The notes below the pieces were generated by a model that had not been told where the DNA came from, did no database searches, and saw only the letters and a list, made by a program, of their open reading frames with translations. DNA of 64,000 nucleotides. It comes from Patescibacteria group bacterium (lineage in GTDB: Bacteria; Patescibacteriota; Minisyncoccia; Phycocordibacterales; Phycocordibacteraceae). Location of the stretch: positions 89,907 through 153,906 of the forward strand of contig JAZKIU010000001.1 of the NCBI GenBank assembly GCA_040384705.1. Reading direction: 5' to 3'. Shown here in pieces: positions 18,918 to 28,487 of the stretch (the stretch's first letter is position 1; each line of letters starts with the position of its first letter). Made by a program: the position numbers and the translations under genes.

Positions 18918-18942
18918 CGATCGCGTGCGCTATCATAGGTGC

Positions 18943-20664
18943 ATGTCCCCTCGCACTCCATCGCGCGGCATGTCGCTCATAGACGTACTCGTCGGTACCG
19001 CAATCACGCTCATCATCTTCCTGGCCCTCTTCGGGCTCCTGCGCGCCTCGTTCCTCGTCTCCTCGCTCGCTAAATCGAAGGCGGTCGCTACCTCGATAGC
19101 GACGAGCCAGATGGAATACGTCCGTTCGCTCCCGTATGACTCGATAGGAACGGTCGGCGGTATCCCTGCGGGCGTCATACCCCAGAACGCAACGACAACT
19201 ATGAACAATCTTTCGTACGGGGTCAGGACCTTCATCCAGTATGTCGACGATCCGGCCGATGGGCTCGCGGCGCTCGACCAGACCGGTATCACCACCGACT
19301 ACAAGCAAGTGAAAGTAACCGTTACGTACTACACGAGCGGCACCGCGCGCGAGGTCGAGCTCATATCGAGCCAGTCACCGGCGGGGCTTGAGACCACGAC
19401 CGGCGGGGGAACGCTGCAGATAAGCGTGGTGGATGCGCTCGGTGCCGCTATCGCAGGCGCGACCGTCGATATAGACAACCCAAGTACGGCGCCTACGGTT
19501 AATCTCACCGCGTTCAGCAACGCCGCCGGGCTCGTGTACCTGCCTGGCGCCGCGACCTCGACCGACTATCGCGTCGTGGTCACGAAGGCCGGGTACTCGA
19601 CCGCGCAGACCTATGCGCGCGATGCGACGAACCAGAATCCGACGCCGGGATACCTGACGGTCGCGCAGAACCAGACGACGGCAAGCACGTTCGCGATAGA
19701 CGTGCTGGCCGCGCTCACCGTCCGCACGTTCTCCCCGATAGTGACGGTGAGCTTTGGGGACACATTCGCTGACAGTTCACTGGTAGCGTCCTTGTCGAAC
19801 ACGGTGGTCTCGGGCGGCTCGGTCATCCTTGGAACGGACGCGGGCGGATACCTTGCGAGCGGTTCCGTGCGGTCGCAGTCGGTCACTCCAACGTATCTCG
19901 CTGGCTGGCTCAACATCGAGGCGACGCGCTCCATTTCAGCGAATACGAACATTCGCGTGCGCGTCGTCGATAGCGCGGGTACACCGCTCCCTGACGCGGT
20001 GCTTTCAGGAAATATTGCAGGCTTCACGGTGTTTCCGATAGACCTGAGTGGCATTTCCACGACGACATACCCGACGCTTGCGCTTGCTGCCGACCTCTCG
20101 ACATCGCTCGCAACCGAGACGCCTTCACTGGGTAGCTGGAACCTGAACTATAGGCGCGGGCCCATACCGCTCCCGAATATCCCGTTCGAGCTTCAGGGCG
20201 CCAAGACGGTGGGGACCACGGGCGCGGGCGCTTCCATATATAAAACGCAGATCACTGACAATACGGGAGCAAGCGCGGCCAAGTCGCTCTCGCTCGAGTG
20301 GGACGCGTACCAGCTCGAGCTTACCGGCTACGACGTCGTGGACGCCTGCGGCATGCCGCCGTACTCGCTCGCGCCAGCCGCAGTCGTCGAGAGCTCCCTC
20401 GTGCTCAGCACCAACACGGCCCACAGCATCCTCGTCGGGGTGCGTGACGCAGGAGGACTGGTCGTGCCGGGCGCGAGCGTCACGCTCGCGCGCACGGGAT
20501 ACAACAGCACCGTCCCCGCGTCTTCTTGCGGTAGCGCCTCGTTCGGCGGACTTACGTCGGCGAACGACTATACGGTCACCATCACGAAGACCGGGTACAC
20601 GACCACCGTATTCACTAACGTCTCCATTTCAGGCGACACTTTCTATGAAGCGACCTTCGATTAA
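18943..20664 (+). CDS. Large prepilin-like protein (putative minor pilin / pilus-associated adhesin)
   Basis: N-terminus RG-MSLIDVLVGTAITLIIFLALFGLL resembles a class III prepilin cleavage/methylation signal; remainder is a T/S/A/G-rich beta-type sequence; 574 aa. Confidence 0.6.
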   Translation: MSPRTPSRGMSLIDVLVGTAITLIIFLALFGLLRASFLVSSLAKSKAVATSIATSQMEYVRSLPYDSIGTVGGIPAGVIPQNATTTMNNLSYGVRTFIQYVDDPADGLAALDQTGITTDYKQVKVTVTYYTSGTAREVELISSQSPAGLETTTGGGTLQISVVDALGAAIAGATVDIDNPSTAPTVNLTAFSNAAGLVYLPGAATSTDYRVVVTKAGYSTAQTYARDATNQNPTPGYLTVAQNQTTASTFAIDVLAALTVRTFSPIVTVSFGDTFADSSLVASLSNTVVSGGSVILGTDAGGYLASGSVRSQSVTPTYLAGWLNIEATRSISANTNIRVRVVDSAGTPLPDAVLSGNIAGFTVFPIDLSGISTTTYPTLALAADLSTSLATETPSLGSWNLNYRRGPIPLPNIPFELQGAKTVGTTGAGASIYKTQITDNTGASAAKSLSLEWDAYQLELTGYDVVDACGMPPYSLAPAAVVESSLVLSTNTAHSILVGVRDAGGLVVPGASVTLARTGYNSTVPASSCGSASFGGLTSANDYTVTITKTGYTTTVFTNVSISGDTFYEATFD

Positions 20665-21250
20665 GCCCATGCGCGGGTTCACGCTCGCCGAGACCGTGGT
20701 GGTGGTCGGCATCGTGGCAGTTGCAGGTGCCGCCCTCGTCGGCTCCATCCAGTACTTCTATCGCAGCAATGCGTACATACTCGAGCAGTCCGTCGCGCTC
20801 GATAGCGCACGCCGCGGCCTCGCGCTCACGCTCCAGAACTTCCGCGAAGCGTCCTATGGGGATGATGGCGCATATCTCGTTACGCTCGCCGCGACCTCGA
20901 GCGCGACCTTCTATGCGGATATCGACCAGGACGGCGGTATCGAGCGGGTGCGTGCATACCTCTCGAACGGAACGCTCTATCGAGGTATCACGGGCTCAGC
21001 GGGGAACCCCGCGACTTACGTGGGCCAGCCGGAAACCATAGAGACCGTCGCGACCTATGTGAAGAACGCGACGTCCACGCCGATATTCACGTACTACGGC
21101 TCCGACGGTACCGCGCTCGCGTATCCCATCACCATCTCCCTCATCCGCGCGGTCGGGGTAACGATGGACGTGGATCTCAACCCCAACCGCTTGCCGAACG
21201 TCTTCCGGTTATCCGGAACGGCAACGCTCCGGAACCTGCGTGCCGAGTAG
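20645..21250 (+). CDS. Type IV pilin-like / pseudopilin (minor pilin)
   Basis: Canonical prepilin signal MKRPSIKPMRG-FTLAETVVVVGIVAV (Gly-1, Phe+1, Glu+5); overlaps the end of the preceding gene in another frame. Confidence 0.7.
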   Translation: MKRPSIKPMRGFTLAETVVVVGIVAVAGAALVGSIQYFYRSNAYILEQSVALDSARRGLALTLQNFREASYGDDGAYLVTLAATSSATFYADIDQDGGIERVRAYLSNGTLYRGITGSAGNPATYVGQPETIETVATYVKNATSTPIFTYYGSDGTALAYPITISLIRAVGVTMDVDLNPNRLPNVFRLSGTATLRNLRAE

Positions 21251-22685
21251 TATGGAAGGTATGCGCACCCGTCCTCCACGCGGATATCTCCTCCTTCTCG
21301 GCCTCGTCTTCGGCGCGATATTCCTTACCGTGCTCGGGAGCCTCGCGAGCTTCGTGCTGACCGAGAACCGTCTGCAGAACGTGAGCACGGAGCGCGCCCG
21401 CGCCTTCTCGCTCGCGGAGGCGGGGCTCGAATACTACCGCTGGTTCCTCGCGCACTATCCGGGCAATCTCACGAACGGGACGGGTGTCCCGGGTCCCTAT
21501 GTCCTTTCATACAACGATCCGGAAGGCGGGACGGCAGGCACCGTCACGCTCGCGGTCACCGGCAACCTCGCCTGCGGCCAGGTGACCTCTATAGATCTCG
21601 CTTCTACCGGGCAGCCCACCGGAAGCAATGTCTCCCGCACCATTTCCGTACGCTACACCCGTCCCACGGTGGGGCAGTACTCCTATATATTGAATGACAC
21701 CGTATGGGCGGGCTCCGACCGCGTCATCAGCGGCCCGTACCATAGCAATGGCGGCGTTCGCATGGACGGCACGGCGAACGCGCCGGTGACGAGCTCGCTC
21801 TCGAGCTGGCTATGCACCTCATCGTTCGGCTGCAGCCCGAACTCGACCGAGGATGGGGTATTCGGTGCGGGGCCGAACCAGACGCTGTGGAGCTACCCCA
21901 CGCCTCAAGTGAACTTCGCGGGCATCGCCGCCGACTTCTCGGCGCTCAAGACCGCGGCGCAGACGCAAAGCATGTTGTATTTCGCACGTACGAGCGTGGG
22001 CTCGAACAATACCCAGGCGAACTACTGGAACGGCTACCGCCTCATCTTCAACGCAGCGGGCACCGTGACGGTGCGACGGGTTACCGGTACGACGAACCTT
22101 ACCTCGACCGCGCTCAATACCGCGGAAGACGCGTTGCATGACCGCGCGCTCGTGACCACCGACACGCTCGTGGGGACGTACCAGATACCGGATACGTGCG
22201 GGCTTATCTTCGTGGAGGACAACGTGTGGCTCGAAGGGACGATAACGAAGAAGGTGACAGTCGTGGCGGCGAACGTCGTCGATGCCGGCATCGCGCCTAA
22301 CGCATACCTCAAGAACAACATCGTGTACCAGGCGACCGATGGCACGGACGGGCTCACGGTCATCGCGGAAGATAACGTGCTTATCACGCCGGACTCGCCG
22401 AATACCATGACGCTCAACGGCATCTTCATCGCACAGGGTGGCGCGTTCGGCCGCAACTACTACAGCGGATGCTCTGCTTCATACGAACCCAAGACGACGC
22501 TCACCATCCGCGGGACCACGGTGTCGAGCAAGCGAACGGGTACGAAGTGGATGGGCGGCTGCTCGAATTATGCCGGCTATGGCACTCGTATCGATGCGTA
22601 CGATAGGCAGCTCGCGACGAATCCGCCGCCGTTCACGCCGGTGGTGAGCAATGACTACCAGTTCGTGGATTGGAGGGAGGAATAA
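21240..22685 (+). CDS. PilX-like minor pilin / pilus assembly protein
   Basis: N-terminal TM then FVLTENRLQNVSTERARAFSLAEAGLEY resembling the PilX_N domain; 481 aa. Confidence 0.6.
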   Translation: MPSSMEGMRTRPPRGYLLLLGLVFGAIFLTVLGSLASFVLTENRLQNVSTERARAFSLAEAGLEYYRWFLAHYPGNLTNGTGVPGPYVLSYNDPEGGTAGTVTLAVTGNLACGQVTSIDLASTGQPTGSNVSRTISVRYTRPTVGQYSYILNDTVWAGSDRVISGPYHSNGGVRMDGTANAPVTSSLSSWLCTSSFGCSPNSTEDGVFGAGPNQTLWSYPTPQVNFAGIAADFSALKTAAQTQSMLYFARTSVGSNNTQANYWNGYRLIFNAAGTVTVRRVTGTTNLTSTALNTAEDALHDRALVTTDTLVGTYQIPDTCGLIFVEDNVWLEGTITKKVTVVAANVVDAGIAPNAYLKNNIVYQATDGTDGLTVIAEDNVLITPDSPNTMTLNGIFIAQGGAFGRNYYSGCSASYEPKTTLTIRGTTVSSKRTGTKWMGGCSNYAGYGTRIDAYDRQLATNPPPFTPVVSNDYQFVDWREE

Positions 22686-22780
22686 TACCCCTCGTTCTGA
22701 ACGAGCAGAGAGGAAGAGTTGATTTCGAAGACGATATAGTGCGTAATGCTTTTGGATACTTCTCGAGGAGAGGGTAAGTC

Positions 22781-23236
22781 ATGCGAGTACTCGGGGCAGT
22801 CGAAGAACGAAGGCAGGCCCTCCTTCGGAATGGAGCTCATCATCGCGCTAAATATATACGGGACACGCTGAGGGAGAAGAAGGCCGAGAATTCCGAGCTT
22901 CAAGGACTACGTTTGGAATTCATCGAGACGGAATTACTTACCAACCTTGCGCGGCTCGAAGAAATTAGGGTTGCGCGTCAAACTGGACACGGTCGAGCCT
23001 TCGAGCCGAACGCTTTCGTTATTAACGCGTATGGCTATACCGGTCCAGCGATATGCCGAGCGGTGTGCCCATTCGATGGGAAAAGCATCATGCTCATCGT
23101 ACGGGGCCACTCGGCCATCAAGTATGAAGTGCTCGGGTTGCAGGCATGCGCCCTCGATGCCGTGAACCTCATACTCAAGCTTGGCTTGTTGCAAGGCTGG
23201 CCATCGAACGAGCCGCCATCAATTCGCGGGCACTAA
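22781..23236 (+). CDS. Hypothetical protein
   Basis: 151 aa ORF; no recognised domain. Confidence 0.4.
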   Translation: MRVLGAVEERRQALLRNGAHHRAKYIRDTLREKKAENSELQGLRLEFIETELLTNLARLEEIRVARQTGHGRAFEPNAFVINAYGYTGPAICRAVCPFDGKSIMLIVRGHSAIKYEVLGLQACALDAVNLILKLGLLQGWPSNEPPSIRGH

Positions 23237-23288
23237 GGACAGGGCGGTCGCGCAAGCGGCCGCCTTTTCATATCGCCGACCTGGTATC

Positions 23289-24038
23289 ATGAGGGGCATG
23301 CTCATCGTCTCTAATTGGAAGGCGTACGTGGAAAGGACGGAGAAAGCCAAGGCGCTCCTCGCTACCGCTAATCGTCTTGCGGGGAAGGGTGCGCACGAAC
23401 TCGTGCTCGCGCCACCTGCGCCGTTCCTCGGGCTATTAGCGTCCGGCAGGTCCAAGGCGAAGTTCGCGGCGCAGGATATATCGCTCACGACCGGTGGGGC
23501 GCAGACCGGAGAAGTCACTGCAGCAGCTGCAGCAGGCGCAGGAGCTTCATACATAATCGTCGGGCACTCCGAGCGTCGTGCGGGAGGGGAGAACGATAGC
23601 CAAGTGCTCGAGAAGGTTCGGCACGCGCTCGCGCACAGGCTTACCCCCATCCTCTGCATCGGGGAACGGGAGCGTGACGAGGACGCGCGGTACCTGAAGC
23701 ATATACGCGAGCAGATAGCTGCGGTGTTCAGCCAACTCACTCCCAAAGAGCGCCTTTCCATAGTCATCGCGTACGAACCTATATGGGCCATCGGGAAAGC
23801 GGCGAGCGAAGCGATAACGCCGCCCGACCTCGGAGAGCTCGTCCTATATATACGCAAGGTGCTCGGTGACTACATCCCCGGTAAGGCGAACCAGAAGGTA
23901 CGTGTCCTCTATGGCGGTTCGGTAGAGCCCACGAACATCCGGCAGCTCGCGAGCGGTAGCGGGGTGGACGGATTCCTCATCGGTCACGCGAGCGTGGATG
24001 TTCCGACATACGGCGCGCTCGTAAAAGCGATTTCATAA
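23289..24038 (+). CDS. tpiA: Triosephosphate isomerase
   Basis: SNWKAY, IIVGHSERR, catalytic-loop CIGE, YEPIWAIG, GGSV motifs; the listed ORF has an upstream extension. Confidence 0.9.
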   Translation: MRGMLIVSNWKAYVERTEKAKALLATANRLAGKGAHELVLAPPAPFLGLLASGRSKAKFAAQDISLTTGGAQTGEVTAAAAAGAGASYIIVGHSERRAGGENDSQVLEKVRHALAHRLTPILCIGERERDEDARYLKHIREQIAAVFSQLTPKERLSIVIAYEPIWAIGKAASEAITPPDLGELVLYIRKVLGDYIPGKANQKVRVLYGGSVEPTNIRQLASGSGVDGFLIGHASVDVPTYGALVKAIS

Positions 24039-24056
24039 TCTTGCCTCTCTCGAGTC

Positions 24057-24419
24057 GTGGTGTATTGTCACTACGGAAACAGGGGGAGCGTCATGGGAAA
24101 TAAGCGAAGGGCGATCCGCAATCTCGAGGAGCTGTTCGAATCGTTGCATGGAGACGTGTCGCATGAGATATCGTGGGGCTACGAAACGTGGCCGTCGATA
24201 ATGCACGCGTGCATTGCAACGGCGTTCTTCGATGGCCCGTTCAAGAGAGCGATTCGGGACGCAGGAACGGTAGAGCAGGCGCAGAAATGCGCGAGGCATC
24301 TTTTCAAGCTACATCCGGAAGTCGTGGTGCCTGCGAAAGAACGCCTATTCCAGCTGCAGGGCTTACTGCAGGTGTGGCAAGATTCGTGTGCAGGGAGGGT
24401 ATCGGAAGCGGCGGGATGA
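24057..24419 (+). CDS. Hypothetical protein
   Basis: 120 aa ORF between tpiA and pgk; start uncertain (alternative ATG at 24093). Confidence 0.4.
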   Translation: MVYCHYGNRGSVMGNKRRAIRNLEELFESLHGDVSHEISWGYETWPSIMHACIATAFFDGPFKRAIRDAGTVEQAQKCARHLFKLHPEVVVPAKERLFQLQGLLQVWQDSCAGRVSEAAG

Positions 24420-24437
24420 CTCCCGCCGTTTTTCTTT

Positions 24438-25592
24438 ATGCGCGGTATCATGGGACTCATGAAAACGCTGCGCGACATCAAGCATCTTGAGAACGTACCG
24501 GTATTGGTGCGTGCTGCGCTCAACGTGCCGGTCGCGGACGGGAAGGTGACCAACACATTCCGGCTTCGTAGCGCACTAGCGACCATCGAGTTCCTTAGGA
24601 CGCGACACGCTCGGGTGATCCTCATCGGGCACATCGGCGACAAAGGAACGGAAACGCTCCATCCGGTATACGAAGCGATGAAGGAATTCATCCCGAGCAT
24701 ACAGTTCTGCGAGAACGCGACAGGACCCGTCGCACGCCAGGCCGTGCGCGATACGGTCCCGGGCGATGTGCTCATGCTCGAGAACCTGCGGCGCGATACG
24801 GGGGAGAAGGAGAATGACCCGGCGTTCGCGGCGGAACTAGCCTCGCTCGCGGACGTGTTCGTACAGGACTCGTTCGATGTCTGCCATCGTGCGCACGCGT
24901 CGGTCGTGGGAGTGACGGAGCTCCTTCCTTCATATGCTGGCTTCCAGGTGGAGAAGGAGGTGACGGAGCTCACCAAAGCACTTAACCCGAAGCGTCCCTC
25001 GCTCGCTATCATGGGCGGTGCGAAGTTCTCCACGAAGGAGCCGGTGCTCGCCATGCTCCTTACGTCATACGACCATGTGTTCGTGGGCGGCGCCCTCGCG
25101 AACGATTTCATGCAGGCGAAGGGCGAGCCAGTGGGCGCGTCGCTCGTCTCGGGTGCGGACCACAGCGCGCTCAAGAAGATACTTGAGAACCCGAAACTGA
25201 AACTGCCCGTCGACTACGTCGTCGCGAAGGTGGGAAGCAGGCGCGAGGACGGGCACCTCTCGGGCGTGACGGTCGTCGCCCCGAACGAGGCGATACTCGA
25301 TGATGGTCCCAGGACCGTCGAGCTTCTGGGCGAGCTCATAGGGAAGGCGAAGACTGTCCTTTGGAATGGTCCGCTCGGTAATTACGAAAAAGGATTCACG
25401 GAGGGAACGGAAGCGCTCGTGCGCATCATCGCGCAGTCGAATGCGCACTCGATAATCGGTGGCGGGGACACCATCGCTGCGATAGAGAAGCTCGGGCTCG
25501 ATGACCGTATCTCGTTCGTCTCGACCGGAGGAGGCGCGATGCTCGATTTCCTCGCGGACGGCTCGCTTCCTGGTATCGACGCGCTTCGTTAG
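24438..25592 (+). CDS. pgk: Phosphoglycerate kinase
   Basis: PGK N- and C-domain motifs (RAALNVP, ILIGHIGDKG, GGGAMLDFL); 384 aa (alternative ATG at 24459). Confidence 0.9.
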   Translation: MRGIMGLMKTLRDIKHLENVPVLVRAALNVPVADGKVTNTFRLRSALATIEFLRTRHARVILIGHIGDKGTETLHPVYEAMKEFIPSIQFCENATGPVARQAVRDTVPGDVLMLENLRRDTGEKENDPAFAAELASLADVFVQDSFDVCHRAHASVVGVTELLPSYAGFQVEKEVTELTKALNPKRPSLAIMGGAKFSTKEPVLAMLLTSYDHVFVGGALANDFMQAKGEPVGASLVSGADHSALKKILENPKLKLPVDYVVAKVGSRREDGHLSGVTVVAPNEAILDDGPRTVELLGELIGKAKTVLWNGPLGNYEKGFTEGTEALVRIIAQSNAHSIIGGGDTIAAIEKLGLDDRISFVSTGGGAMLDFLADGSLPGIDALR

Positions 25593-26002
25593 CTAATTAG
25601 CTTCGCTCGAAGCCGCTCCGCAAGGGCTTCCGCTTCACCGTCCTCATATTTTCCTTGAGGGAAGTGCGTAAAGCCATCGCCTTCGTGGCGCGGGATGAGG
25701 TGTACATGCGTATGGAATACGACCTGGCCTGCAGCTGGTTCGTTATTCATCGCGATATTGAGCCCGCCCGCTCCCACCGCTTCCTTAATGATGGGAGCGA
25801 GCTTATGCGCAGTACGCATGACCGCGAGCCAGGAGTCTTCAGTGATATCGAGGATGTTGCGGGAGTGCTCCTTCGGGATGACGAGCGTATGGCCGGGGTT
25901 ATTCGGTGCGATATCAAGGAATGCGAGCGTATCCTCATCCTCATAGATGATATTCGCTGGTATCTCGCGGCTGAGTATCCTCTCGAAAATAGTCGGTTCC
26001 AT
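25589..26002 (-). CDS. HIT family protein (HinT-like nucleotide hydrolase)
   Basis: MEPTIFERILSREIPANIIYEDEDTLAFLDIAPNNPGHTLVIPKEH...HTHVHLIP histidine triad; 137 aa; the listed ORF has a spurious N-terminal extension. Confidence 0.85.
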   Translation of the reverse strand: MEPTIFERILSREIPANIIYEDEDTLAFLDIAPNNPGHTLVIPKEHSRNILDITEDSWLAVMRTAHKLAPIIKEAVGAGGLNIAMNNEPAAGQVVFHTHVHLIPRHEGDGFTHFPQGKYEDGEAEALAERLRAKLIS

Positions 26003-26048
26003 ATGCTCAAGGATACGACAGGTCCGGCTTTTGATACAATGCGCCCAC

Positions 26049-27770
26049 ATGTTCCCGCTCCATGATCCCCTTGATGAGAAGTCGCGTGATATGCTCCGCG
26101 CATACGATGATTTCACGGCGTCACTTCTGGCGAGGAGAGGGATAACGACCGCTGAGGAAGCTGAAGCGTTCCTCTCGCCTTCGTACGACGAGCATATCCA
26201 TGACCCGATGCTCATGGTGGATATGCCGAAGGCCGCGGAGCGCCTCGCGCGCGCGATAAACGGAAAGGAGCGCATAACCGTGTGGAGCGATTATGACTGC
26301 GACGGCATACCGGGAGGCGTCGTGCTCCATGATTTCCTCAAGAAAGCGGGAGCTACTTTCACGAACTATATCCCGCACCGCCACCTCGAAGGGTACGGAA
26401 TGAATATTCCTGGTATCGAGAAGCTCGCGCAGGAAGGGACGAAGCTCATTGTTACAGTCGATGTGGGCATCGTCGACAACGAGGCGGTAGCGCGCGCGAA
26501 CGAGCTCGGCATAGATGTCATCGTCACCGACCACCATTTGCCGTCGGGCGATCTTCCTCCGGCATACGCGGTAGTGGATCCGAAGGCCCGAGAGGATGAG
26601 ACGTATCCGTTCAAGGATCTGTGCGGCGGCGGCATCGCATGGAAGCTCGCGTGCGCGACGCTGCAGCACGGCTTCGCTGGAAGGGAGGATATCGCGCCCG
26701 GTTGGGAGAAATGGCTCCTTGATATGGCGGGGCTCTCGACCATAGCTGACATGGTGCCGCTCCGGGGAGAGAACCGGGTCATCGCGAAGTACGGGCTCAT
26801 GGTGATGCGGAAGTCGCCGCGCCTCGGCCTCCAGCGACTATGCAAAGTCGCGCGCGTGGACCAGAAGCGCATCACGGAGGACGATGTCGGTTTCATGATC
26901 GCGCCGAGGGTAAACGCAGCGTCACGAATGGGCGACCCGCGTGATGCGTTCCGTCTCTTCACTACGGAGAGCGAGAGCGAGGCGGACGAGCTCGCGAAGC
27001 TGCTCGAGGCGACGAACCGTTCCAGGCGTGCGGTCGCGGGCGCAACGACGAAGGCGGTGCACGAACGTATCGAGAAAAGGAAGCAAGAGGGAGAGCTTCC
27101 GACCGTCATCGTTATGGGGGATCCGGATTGGCGTCCGGGACTTCTGGGACTCGTCGCGAACGGCATCGCGGAAGAATACAGCCGTCCGGTATTCCTCTGG
27201 GGTCGCGAAGGGAACGAGACGCTTAAGGGCTCGTGCCGTGCCGGAGGGAAGACAAGTGTGAACGAGCTCATGCACGCCGCGACCGATGCATTCATCGAGT
27301 TCGGTGGGCACGCCGCGTCGGGCGGATTCTCCCTCGCGCCTGACAAGGTATTCGATCTTGAGGCACGCCTCGTCGAAGCGCTCGCCACGCTTCCGAAGCA
27401 CGATGCGGAAGAATCGAGAGCGGATGCGCACCTCACCACTGATCAGGTGTCGGTGAAGACTCTTCTTTCGCTCGAACGGTTCGCGCCATTCGGTATGGGC
27501 AACGGCAAACCAGCGTTCGCGCTCTCGCACGTAGAGCTCTCGGAAGTCTCTTGGTTCGGGAAGGCGGGAGAGCACTTGCGCGTGAAGCTGCTGCGGGACG
27601 AGTTCGGGAGCGACACCATCGAAGCCATTTCTTTCTATGCGAGGCGAGAGCTCGGAAGTTCGTGCGATGCTCTCGCTGTGGGTGCTCGTGCATCACTGCT
27701 CGTGCATCTTGAGCGCGACACCTTCTCTCGGGGCCAGCCCGTGCGATTGCGCATTATTGACATCCGATAG
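26049..27770 (+). CDS. recJ: Single-stranded-DNA-specific exonuclease RecJ
   Basis: DHH motifs (SDYDCDGI, VTVDVG, VTDHH) and DHHA1 domain; 573 aa. Confidence 0.9.
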   Translation: MFPLHDPLDEKSRDMLRAYDDFTASLLARRGITTAEEAEAFLSPSYDEHIHDPMLMVDMPKAAERLARAINGKERITVWSDYDCDGIPGGVVLHDFLKKAGATFTNYIPHRHLEGYGMNIPGIEKLAQEGTKLIVTVDVGIVDNEAVARANELGIDVIVTDHHLPSGDLPPAYAVVDPKAREDETYPFKDLCGGGIAWKLACATLQHGFAGREDIAPGWEKWLLDMAGLSTIADMVPLRGENRVIAKYGLMVMRKSPRLGLQRLCKVARVDQKRITEDDVGFMIAPRVNAASRMGDPRDAFRLFTTESESEADELAKLLEATNRSRRAVAGATTKAVHERIEKRKQEGELPTVIVMGDPDWRPGLLGLVANGIAEEYSRPVFLWGREGNETLKGSCRAGGKTSVNELMHAATDAFIEFGGHAASGGFSLAPDKVFDLEARLVEALATLPKHDAEESRADAHLTTDQVSVKTLLSLERFAPFGMGNGKPAFALSHVELSEVSWFGKAGEHLRVKLLRDEFGSDTIEAISFYARRELGSSCDALAVGARASLLVHLERDTFSRGQPVRLRIIDIR

Positions 27771-28008
27771 GAGCGGGCGTTGTATGGGGAAGGCAGGAGG
27801 GATTTCCCATGTTCATGTTTAAGGAATGCAGGTACCCGTTCCAGATTCTCATCGCCGAGCTCGGCGTCTTCCACGAGTGGGCGTTGTCAGGTTTCAAGAA
27901 GCCGGAAAAACCTGAGGACCCTGTGCGGGAGGAAGAATGTGCGCTCCTCAAATGAGGATACCGCCCGCGCTCGCGCGGGCGGTTCTCATTGCTTGGTATA
28001 CTCGAGCA

Positions 28009-28431
28009 ATGCATTTCACGCTCTATGCAGATGGTGGTGCCCGCGGGAACCCGGGACCCGCAGGCGCAGGCTCTGTCGTCTTCGACTCGCTCGGCAAGCG
28101 CGTGGTCGAGGTCTCGGACTACCTCGGGGTCGCGACCAATAACATCGCAGAGTACGAGGCGGTCATCCGCGGGCTCACCGCTCTTTCGAACGAATACCCC
28201 CCCGAGATACTGAAGTCGACCCCGCTCACCATCCGTATGGACTCCAAGCTGGTCATCGAGCAGCTCAAAGGCAACTACAAAGTGAAGCATCCGAACCTTG
28301 TTCCACGGCATTTGATACTCAAGAATCTCCTCGCACGCTCCTTCGGAGATGTTTCATTCGAGCATGTGTACCGGGAGAAGAACAAGGATGCCGACGAACT
28401 CGCCAATATCGCGATGGATAGGGGTCATTAA
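28009..28431 (+). CDS. rnhA: Ribonuclease HI
   Basis: YADGGARGNPGPAGAG...NNIAEYEA...YREKNKDADELAN catalytic DEDD residues; 140 aa. Confidence 0.85.
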   Translation: MHFTLYADGGARGNPGPAGAGSVVFDSLGKRVVEVSDYLGVATNNIAEYEAVIRGLTALSNEYPPEILKSTPLTIRMDSKLVIEQLKGNYKVKHPNLVPRHLILKNLLARSFGDVSFEHVYREKNKDADELANIAMDRGH

Positions 28432-28487
28432 AGCCGGTTTCATACTTCCTCCAGCTTTTCATCATATTTGTTTCCTAGAATAGCTAC

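Noticed and set aside
22655-23194. Small overlapping minus-strand ORFs (82 aa, 86 aa) near the 22781 gene
   Set aside because: They overlap the better-supported plus-strand ORF and have no distinctive features.
24179-25174. 331 aa ORF on the minus strand
   Set aside because: It is antisense to pgk. It has an S/A/R-rich composition typical of high-GC antisense frames. pgk homology on the plus strand is unambiguous.
26366-27439. 357 aa and 217 aa minus-strand ORFs
   Set aside because: They are antisense to recJ and have low-complexity Ser/Arg/Ala content. They are artefacts of high GC.
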